NCBI GenBank assembly: GCA_032128375.1
Contig: JAQBGU010000235.1
Location: 1 to 24,502, forward strand
Source: Deltaproteobacteria bacterium
GTDB lineage: Bacteria > Myxococcota_A > UBA9160 > SMWR01
Length of the DNA: 24,502 nt
Direction of reading: 5' to 3'
Part shown: positions 9,666 to 16,525 of the stretch, piece by piece
Numbering within the stretch: position 1 is the first letter of the stretch
Layout: every line of letters starts with the position of its first letter
Position numbers and translations under genes: made by a program
Notes under the pieces: generated by a model
Told to the model about the DNA's origin: nothing
The model's input: the letters and a program-made list of their open reading frames with translations, nothing else
The model's database searches: none

Positions 9666-10364
9666 CTACTCGCCCAGCAGCTCCCCTATTCTATCGGAGG
9701 CCAGCCGCACGAACTTTCGCCCGCCACGATCCCGCTCGAGCAGACATAGCTCGAGATTGTCGGGGCCAACGCTGGGTTTTCCGTCTGCAGCTCGTTGGAG
9801 CGCTCTCCGCCCCAGGCGAACGGCCTCCCCGAGGGGCATATCCGGTCGGAATTCTGTGCGGAGGAAGTCCATCAGGTCGTCTGCAGCCCCGCCGATCACG
9901 CAGTATCCCTCGTGGTCGCTGATGCTCCCGTCGAACTGCACCCGATAGATCGCGTTGTTTTCGTGTCCAATCAGGCTCTGGTCACCGACTTCCGCTATCA
10001 CGATCGCGATCTCGAGCGGCTTCATCTGCTGTGTGAACGCGTCGCCAACCGCTTGTGAGTACGCATTGGCCAGCGATCGGCCGCGCACATCGTCGCGGCT
10101 GTATGCGTAGCCCTTCGTATCGGCGAATCGGACGCCGAGCTTCCGGAGCTGGTCGAACTCACTGAACTTCCCGACTCCCGCAAACGCTATGCGGTCGTAG
10201 ATTTCGCCGATTTTCTGCAAGCTCGACGGATTCTCGGCCATCATCACGATCCCGATGTCGCACGCGATCACCAGGCTGGATTTTCCGCGCGCGATACCTT
10301 TGCGCGAGAACTCGGCCTTGTCGGCCATGATTTGCTCAGGAGATACGTAGAACGGCATGCTCAT
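9666..10364 (-). CDS. prcA: 20S proteasome alpha subunit
   Basis: MSMPFYVSPEQIMADKAEFSRKGIARGKS, KIGEIYDRIAFAGVG, GYAYSRDDV..RSLANAY; ATGA overlap with the prcB stop. Confidence 0.97.
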   Translation of the reverse strand: MSMPFYVSPEQIMADKAEFSRKGIARGKSSLVIACDIGIVMMAENPSSLQKIGEIYDRIAFAGVGKFSEFDQLRKLGVRFADTKGYAYSRDDVRGRSLANAYSQAVGDAFTQQMKPLEIAIVIAEVGDQSLIGHENNAIYRVQFDGSISDHEGYCVIGGAADDLMDFLRTEFRPDMPLGEAVRLGRRALQRAADGKPSVGPDNLELCLLERDRGGRKFVRLASDRIGELLGE

Positions 10365-11164
10365 GGGGCGCCTCTCCCGTTCTGGATGGTTCGCTCATTG
10401 AGCAGCCGTCGATAGACCTGCTCGATCTCGGACTGCTCTGCCCGTTCGATGCCATCGCTTGTGCAGAAGTCTACGATCGGGAATATCCCGCGGACCAGAT
10501 CTGGACCGCCGGTCGCGCGGTCCTCATCGGATGCGTCGACGAGAGCGGTCACGGCCATCAACAGCGACTCTTCGCGGGTCGCATTGTGCTTGTGCGATTT
10601 TTTCAGCGATTCCTTCGCGTACAGTCCACCCGAACCGGTCGCCTCGTATTCGAGTTCCTCGTAGCGCCCGCCTGTCATGTCGTAGCCCCAGAGCCGACCG
10701 ACATGACGACGCAAGTCGTAGCCCGCAAACAGCGGAACGACCATGAAACCTTGCATTGCGGCGGGCATGTTCTGGCGAATCATTTGAGACAGCTTGTTCG
10801 CTTTACCTTCGAGCTCGAGCGGCTCGCCTTCGATCTTCTCGTAGTGCTCGAGTTCGATGCGCATCAATCGGGCCATCTCGATGGCGGGCCCTGCCGCGCC
10901 CGCGATCGCAATCAGTGAATGAGCGTCGGTCGCATAGACCTTTTCCATGTGGCGTGCAGCCACCCGGTGTCCGGCGGTCGCCAAGCGATCTCCAGCGATG
11001 ACGACGCCCTCTGCGTATTTGAAACCGAGCACTGTGGTCCCGTGCGGGACCAATGCTGAGTCGAAGCCGCCTGCGAGTTCCTTCCAATCGGGTCGAAGGT
11101 ACGGATAATCGACATCGAGGAGCTCGGCGAAGCTCGCTCCCCGGTATTTCGCATCGAAATGCAA
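10361..11164 (-). CDS. prcB: 20S proteasome beta subunit with propeptide
   Basis: PHG|TTVL autocleavage site (Thr1 codon 11036-11038), Asp17 and Lys33 in register, ATGSGG, DRATGGPD. Start placed at TTG 11164 after AGGAGGAGG; the ORF is open to 11281. Confidence 0.95.
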   Translation of the reverse strand: MHFDAKYRGASFAELLDVDYPYLRPDWKELAGGFDSALVPHGTTVLGFKYAEGVVIAGDRLATAGHRVAARHMEKVYATDAHSLIAIAGAAGPAIEMARLMRIELEHYEKIEGEPLELEGKANKLSQMIRQNMPAAMQGFMVVPLFAGYDLRRHVGRLWGYDMTGGRYEELEYEATGSGGLYAKESLKKSHKHNATREESLLMAVTALVDASDEDRATGGPDLVRGIFPIVDFCTSDGIERAEQSEIEQVYRRLLNERTIQNGRGAP

Positions 11165-11290
11165 CGCCTCCTCCTCCTGTCGGCCGTCGGCTGCTAGCGA
11201 TTCTAGGTGACTGTGAAAATGGTTGTCGCCACTGCTCCGGTCGCTCTGTTCTGAGCGACGAAGCCTATGAGTCTCCGCCAATTCGGCTCG

Positions 11291-11563
11291 CTATTGACCG
11301 CCGCGCTGGACGTAGTTCTTGACGAACTCTTCCGCGTTCTCTTCCAGAACCTCGTCAATTTCATCGACGAGCGCATCCATTTCTTCTTTGAGCTTCTCGC
11401 CTTTCTTGGCCATTTTCGTCGGACCGTCGCCCTTCGCCGACTCTTCGCTTCCGCCCTTGTCCGGCTTCTGCTTCTGGGTCGATTCCGCGGCTCTGACGAT
11501 TTCGAACGTCCTATCGCTCTTTGACGCGGATGCGCCGGCACTACCCGTCATTATTTTAGTCAT
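11291..11563 (-). CDS. pup: Prokaryotic ubiquitin-like protein Pup (GGQ type)
   Basis: C-terminus LKEEMDALVDEIDEVLEENAEEFVKNYVQRGGQ; located between dop and prcB; AGGAAG SD. Confidence 0.97.
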   Translation of the reverse strand: MTKIMTGSAGASASKSDRTFEIVRAAESTQKQKPDKGGSEESAKGDGPTKMAKKGEKLKEEMDALVDEIDEVLEENAEEFVKNYVQRGGQ

Positions 11564-11582
11564 CGCTTACTTCCTATTCGGT

Positions 11583-13067
11583 TCACGATCGCAAATTCTT
11601 CACAAGATCCGCAGCCGTCGACGAGCGATCCAGCAATTCCTCGACGTGCTCGCGGGTGCCTTTGAGGGGTTCAGCCATCAAGATGCGATTGATGGGCTCG
11701 TCGTCGACACCAAACGAAATCGAATCCCAGTTCACTCCGAACACCGCAGCTCCATAGCGCCTCAAGCACTCTCCGCGAAAATACGCACGTGTGTCGTTCG
11801 GGGGTGTAAGAATCGCGGCTGTGATCTCGCTGTCAGTCACGATTCGCTCAGCTTTGCCCTGACGTTCGAGAATATAGTACAGTCCCTTTTCCGGGCGTAG
11901 ATCATGGTATTGAAGGTCTAGCATCTCTACTTGGGGGGAATCCCAACCCAGCGACTTGCGCTCCATGAAGGCCTCCATCAGGGCTTTCTTCATCACCCAG
12001 TCGATCTGCCCATCGAGTTCCATCGGGTCGCGTTCGAGACAAAGGAGTACGTATTGCCATTTTTCCAGGACATCTTGCGTGAGCGAATCGATTTCACGCC
12101 CGTCGACGTACTTCAATGCCATTTCCAGATATTCCTGCTGGATCTGAACCGCAGTCAATCGCCTGCCATCGTCTAGTAAGAGCTCCTTCTTGCACGTCGG
12201 GTCGTGAGACGTTTCGCGCAGCGACCGAACCGGGTCGCGCAACGAGAGGTTCTTCGTGATCGCCCCATCCTCGATCATCGACAACACGAGCGCGGTGGTG
12301 CCGCTGCGCAGATAAATTGTGTACTCGCTGAGATTCGCGTCGCCGACGATCACGTGCAGTCGGCGGTACTTCTCGCGGTCGGCATGCGGTTCGTCGCGGG
12401 TATTGATGATCGGTCGCTTGACCATCGTATCGAGAGCGACCTCGGTCTCGAAGAAGTCTGACCTCTGCGAAATCTGGTAGGCGCACGGATGGCCACGGTT
12501 TTCGCTGCCCACCTTCCCAGCTCCCGCGTACACCTGCCGCGTCACGAAAAAGGGCATCAGGTTCTCGACGATCTGCTTGAACGACGTGCGTCGATCCATC
12601 AGATAGTTTTCGTGAGAGCCGTAACTGTTGCCCTTGCGATCGCTGTTGTTTTTGTAGATCAACATCTGCGTTCCGTCTGGCAGCAGTGCGTTGGCTTCGC
12701 GACGGGCCATCTCGAGCACGCGTTCGCCCGCTTTCTCGTGGATCACGAGATCGCGAATATTGGTGACTTCGGGGCACGAGTACTCGGGATGGGCGTGGTC
12801 GACATAGAACCGCGCGCCATTTACCAGCGTCTTGTTGCGGGCGATATTCTCTTGCTGGTTCGGCGTGTACTTCTCGCCGTCGACCTGGAACCCCCGCGCG
12901 TCCGCTAGCGGGTTCTCCTGGTCGTAGTCCCACAGGATCTCGCCAGCATGGTCCTCCCGGTAGGCGTTGACGAGTAGTACACAGCTGGAGATCGGGTCGA
13001 AGTCGGGATCACCCCGGACGGTGATGCCGTACTCGATCTCGGTACCCATCACCTTGGGAATGGCCAT
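11583..13067 (-). CDS. dop: Pup deamidase/depupylase Dop
   Basis: MGTEIEYGI, Dop-loop WDYDQENPLADARGF, NGARFYVDHAHPEYS, TRAYFRG, VNWDS. Confidence 0.96.
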   Translation of the reverse strand: MAIPKVMGTEIEYGITVRGDPDFDPISSCVLLVNAYREDHAGEILWDYDQENPLADARGFQVDGEKYTPNQQENIARNKTLVNGARFYVDHAHPEYSCPEVTNIRDLVIHEKAGERVLEMARREANALLPDGTQMLIYKNNSDRKGNSYGSHENYLMDRRTSFKQIVENLMPFFVTRQVYAGAGKVGSENRGHPCAYQISQRSDFFETEVALDTMVKRPIINTRDEPHADREKYRRLHVIVGDANLSEYTIYLRSGTTALVLSMIEDGAITKNLSLRDPVRSLRETSHDPTCKKELLLDDGRRLTAVQIQQEYLEMALKYVDGREIDSLTQDVLEKWQYVLLCLERDPMELDGQIDWVMKKALMEAFMERKSLGWDSPQVEMLDLQYHDLRPEKGLYYILERQGKAERIVTDSEITAAILTPPNDTRAYFRGECLRRYGAAVFGVNWDSISFGVDDEPINRILMAEPLKGTREHVEELLDRSSTAADLVKNLRS

Positions 13068-13097
13068 CTGATCTCCACATAATGACGCTCCTCGGAT

Positions 13098-14936
13098 CTA
13101 GAGATACTGGCCCGAGCTGATGTTCTCAATGGAGCGCTCCTTCCGGTTGATGCCGGTCATCAATGTGCGCACATTGATAATCCGTTCGCCCTTCCGGCCG
13201 GAGATTCGCGCCCAATCGTCGGGATTCGTCGTATTCGGCAGGTCTTCGTTCTCTTTGAACTCGTCGTTGACCGACTCGATGATATCTTCGAGCTTGATGC
13301 CGCGCTCCTTGAAATCAATGAATCGCTTGACTGCGCGTGTCTTCGCACGGGCGATGATATTCTCAATCATCGCGCCGCTCGCGAAGTCCTTGAAGTAGAA
13401 GATCTCACGCTCACCCTTGGCATACGTGACCTCGAGGAATTTGTTTTCCTCGGTCGTCTCGTACATGCGCTCGATCGTCTCATTGATCATCGCCGCGACG
13501 ACGCGCTCCGGGTCGCCTTCGTGCCGCGCGAGCTCACTTTCGTGCAGGGGCAGGTTGGACTTCAGATACTTGGAGAAGATCTCGCGTGCGGCATCCGCAT
13601 CGGGGCGATTGACCTTGATTTTCAGGTCGAGGCGCCCAGGGCGAAGCACGGCCGGGTCGATCAGATCCTGCCGGTTGCTCGCACCGATCACGATCACGTT
13701 CGACAGTGATTCGACACCATCGATCTCTGACAGGAACTGCGCGACGACGGTCGCCTCCATGTCCGACGAAATACCAGAGCCGCGCATGCGGAACAGTGAA
13801 TCCATTTCGTCGAAGAAGATGACGACCGGCACATCCTCACTGGCCTTGTCACGAGCTTTCTTGAAAACCTCACGAAGCTTGTGCTCGGTCTCACCGACGT
13901 ACTTGTTGAGTAGCTCCGGCCCCTTCACGTTCAGGAAGTACGGATTCGTTTCCTTGCCCGTACGCTGCGCGATACTCTTGGCGAGGCTGTTCGCCACGGC
14001 CTTGGCGATCAGCGTCTTACCGCAACCCGGAGGCCCGTAGAGCAGGATACCCTTGGGCGGCGAAAGCTCGTGCTCCTTGAACACATCGGGGTAGATGTAC
14101 GGTAGTTCGACCGAATCTCGCAGGATTCCGATCTGCTCTCCCAGGCCGCCAATGTCTTCGTAGGTCACATCGGGGATTTCCTCGAGAACGACCTCTTCGA
14201 CTGAAGACTTCGGCATCTTCTCGAATCCGTAGTTGGTTCTCGGATCAAACAGGATGTGGTCGCCCACTTTCAGCTTCTCGTGCCGAAGCGGCTCCGCCAG
14301 CGTGACTACACGCTCGTCATCGGTGTGTCCCATGACGATTACTCGGTTGTCGCCGATGTGATCGACGATCGTCGCGATTTCACCGCGTGTGGTATAGCCA
14401 GAACCTTCGACGATATTGAAGGCCTCGTTCAGTACAACTAGCTGGCCCTCTTCGAACTGAAATGCGTCGACGTTCGGGTGGACGTTGACGCGCATCGCGC
14501 GGCCCTCGACCAGGATTTCCGCCGTGCCGTCCTTGTTCGGGCAACTGAAGACCCCGTAGTTGTTAGGCGGCGCGCAGAGCTTGTCGACTTCTTCTTTGAG
14601 GAGCTCGATCTGCTGCTTCGCCTCCTGCAGCGCCGTGACCAAACGCTCGTTTTGTCGCTCTGCATCGCCAGACTGCTCTCGCGTCAGCTGATATCGTCGG
14701 CGAAGTGTTTCAAACTCGGCCAAGAGCCGATCGAGTTGCCTTCGAAATTCCGGAGAATCCACGCCAAATAGCCTCATCGAATCGTGAAGATCTTCGATCT
14801 CGTCTTGATAGGAGCGCGGCCCGCGCTGTCGATCCCCTTCGGGAAGCTCGTCTTGATTGGGCCCGCTGGTCGATATCCTGCGCATCACGTCTCGCACGAA
14901 ACCTTTTCTACCTGCTCCTGGATCGAATTCGCTCAT
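13098..14936 (-). CDS. arc: Proteasomal AAA+ ATPase ARC/Mpa
   Basis: N-terminal coiled coil ending in PP, OB domains, Walker A GPPGCGKT, pore loop KYVGE, Walker B FFDEMD, NTTNPDDWARISG, C-terminal proteasome-gating GQYL. Confidence 0.98.
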   Translation of the reverse strand: MSEFDPGAGRKGFVRDVMRRISTSGPNQDELPEGDRQRGPRSYQDEIEDLHDSMRLFGVDSPEFRRQLDRLLAEFETLRRRYQLTREQSGDAERQNERLVTALQEAKQQIELLKEEVDKLCAPPNNYGVFSCPNKDGTAEILVEGRAMRVNVHPNVDAFQFEEGQLVVLNEAFNIVEGSGYTTRGEIATIVDHIGDNRVIVMGHTDDERVVTLAEPLRHEKLKVGDHILFDPRTNYGFEKMPKSSVEEVVLEEIPDVTYEDIGGLGEQIGILRDSVELPYIYPDVFKEHELSPPKGILLYGPPGCGKTLIAKAVANSLAKSIAQRTGKETNPYFLNVKGPELLNKYVGETEHKLREVFKKARDKASEDVPVVIFFDEMDSLFRMRGSGISSDMEATVVAQFLSEIDGVESLSNVIVIGASNRQDLIDPAVLRPGRLDLKIKVNRPDADAAREIFSKYLKSNLPLHESELARHEGDPERVVAAMINETIERMYETTEENKFLEVTYAKGEREIFYFKDFASGAMIENIIARAKTRAVKRFIDFKERGIKLEDIIESVNDEFKENEDLPNTTNPDDWARISGRKGERIINVRTLMTGINRKERSIENISSGQYL

Positions 14937-14991
14937 TCCGCCTCCCGCTTCCCCGGCTCTATCGACGGGTCTGCATCATGCAGAACTACTT

Positions 14992-15007
14992 TGCAACTCG
15001 TATGCCA
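14992..15007 (-). promoter_or_regulatory. Putative sigma54 (RpoN) -24/-12 promoter of the arc-dop-pup-prcBA-pafA operon
   Basis: Minus strand TGGCATACGAGTTGCA, with exact GG-N10-GC spacing and a close match to TGGCAC-N5-TTGCW; predicted TSS ~14981, ~45 nt before the arc ATG. Confidence 0.7.
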
Positions 15008-15325
15008 GAGCGGGCGGGTTTGCGGGGTCATAGGTGGGCCGGCGACGTAAAGACGATGCGAAAAGTGATGGTTAGCTGCGCTTCTGCGAATCGACGGACC
15101 CTCGAACAGCCACAGCACGTGTTATTCAACCGAACCGAAACCGTCCAGTCGAGATTGAGTGGAGGAGACAAGGAGCTGAGATTGCTCCGATGAGATGCTC
15201 ATACTCGAGGCCCACCCGCCTTCAGAAGAGTCAACCTCTCACTCCCACCGGGCAGCCGAAGCGTTCCGTGAGTGGGGGAGAAATCATCGAACCTATTGAA
15301 TTTGCGAACCTTTTTGGCGATTGTA

Positions 15326-15353
15326 ATATTATCATGCGGCCTCTGGCTGTCAA
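15326..15353 (-). promoter_or_regulatory. Putative sigma70 promoter with extended -10, facing arc
   Basis: Minus strand TTGACA-N16-TAATAT with TG one base before the -10 (TGnTAATAT), in a locally AT-rich patch. Confidence 0.6.
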
Positions 15354-15543
15354 CTGCATCCAACGAGCACGTGTCGATGTAAGCCCCTGAACGCAAAGTA
15401 GAGTTTCGCGCGGACTCGCGCTCAGGCAATCCGGGTTGTTCGGCTCGCTCGAAAGCGGGTGAAAAACTCCACCCGTTCACGGATTTTTTTCGGAGAAATT
15501 GCCTAACCGGTGCCGCCTGCGGATGCGAACTTGCACTTCTGTT

Positions 15544-15589
15544 GCCGGTTTCTTGACGGGCGGAGTCGCTGCTGCGTCCAGAAACCGGC
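15544..15589. repeat. Strong inverted repeat / stem-loop
   Basis: Perfect 10-bp arms GCCGGTTTCT / AGAAACCGGC, with further inner pairing (GACG/CGTC, GCG/CGC). Confidence 0.75.
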
Positions 15590-15761
15590 CGATGAACCGC
15601 CCCGCCGACATTTGCGGCACCCCAGTTTCCACGGAACCAGTTTTCCCTGTTTGGGAACTCTCGAAGACGGTCTTGCTGGTCGCAAACTGACGAATATCGG
15701 CCACGAAGACGAGGTTTGCAGTCTTCTGTTTCCCTTTGAGCGCGCGAGTTGCCGTCGCAAA

Positions 15762-16457
15762 TCACGCCGGATTTTCCCCAACCTCGAGCACTTTCACTCC
15801 GTCTGGTGGAACAAATCGAAAGGTTTCTGGGGGCGGGTCCAGATCCGTTTCGAGGTTCGAGAACGTGACTTCTGTGACGTTGCCGAGCAAATCGTAAATC
15901 GTTGTCCGAATCAGATCTCCGGTTTTGGGGTCCGCGATGATCCCAAGCCGCTCGTAGCTCGCCGGCTTGATTGGGGTGAGATCGATCTCTACGGAACTTT
16001 TCGAACACGTTCGCTCGACGATCGAAAAATCCCTCCGGATACTCCCACTGCCGAGCAGAAACTGAATGGAAGCTCCAGTCAGATACTCGCTGCCTGCCGA
16101 CAGTTTCTGGACCTCCTCGAAACCGGGGTCGTAGATCCACAGCGTCTGGCCGTCGCTGATCAGCAGGCTGGGCGGATCGACATACGACCAGCGCATTTTG
16201 CCGGGCTTGGCGAACCAAACCGTGCCCGACACCGTCGATCCAGGGCCGGCCAGCGCCAGCGTACGCGTGACTTGTTCGAAGTCCGCCCGCAAATCGTTGA
16301 CGACGTCGTAGCGGCTCTGGATGGCTTCAATAGCACCGTCGAGACAAGTCGGCGCCGAGGCCTCGATCTCGAGGGAATCCCCAACGCGGTCGGCGGCGCT
16401 CAACCCGGGGACGCCCAGCAGCCATGCGAGGATCCATGCCTGCACGAGACGCATCAT
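15762..16457 (-). CDS. lolA: Outer-membrane lipoprotein carrier LolA
   Basis: Signal peptide, LRADFEQ, GTVWFAKPGKMRWSY, LISDGQTLWIYDP, FRFVPP; follows ftsK; start placed at ATG 16457 after AAGGAAG. Confidence 0.92.
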   Translation of the reverse strand: MMRLVQAWILAWLLGVPGLSAADRVGDSLEIEASAPTCLDGAIEAIQSRYDVVNDLRADFEQVTRTLALAGPGSTVSGTVWFAKPGKMRWSYVDPPSLLISDGQTLWIYDPGFEEVQKLSAGSEYLTGASIQFLLGSGSIRRDFSIVERTCSKSSVEIDLTPIKPASYERLGIIADPKTGDLIRTTIYDLLGNVTEVTFSNLETDLDPPPETFRFVPPDGVKVLEVGENPA

Positions 16458-16525
16458 CTGCTTCCTTTGGAACAAACCATCAGATCCTTCAGACGTTTGG
16501 TTTAGAAGTCCATTCAGTCGGCCAT

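Noticed and set aside
11291..11563. Calling the tag UBact because the host looks Gram-negative
   Set aside because: The C-terminus LEENAEEFVKNYVQRGGQ is canonical Pup, not the R[T/S]G[E/Q] UBact ending.
8950..12410. Identical 24-aa stretch IINTRDEPHADREKYRRLHVIVGD in Dop and PafA, suggesting gene conversion
   Set aside because: Third codon positions differ extensively between the two copies, and this is a known conserved active-site motif of these paralogs.
15680..15726. GCAAAC...GTTTGC as a c-di-GMP-I riboswitch
   Set aside because: The remaining conserved elements (GNRA loop/receptor, GACGCAAAGC) are absent.
7591..15761. Proteasome operon as a recent mobile genomic island
   Set aside because: No integrase, transposase, tRNA or flanking direct repeats seen; apparent GC differences can be explained by amino-acid composition.
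15199..16218. 339-aa minus-strand ORF and other small ORFs in the lolA-arc spacer (e.g. 15190-15390 +)
   Set aside because: The long ORF overlaps lolA out of frame, is Arg/Ser-rich with no recognisable domain, and the small ORFs lack properly spaced SDs.
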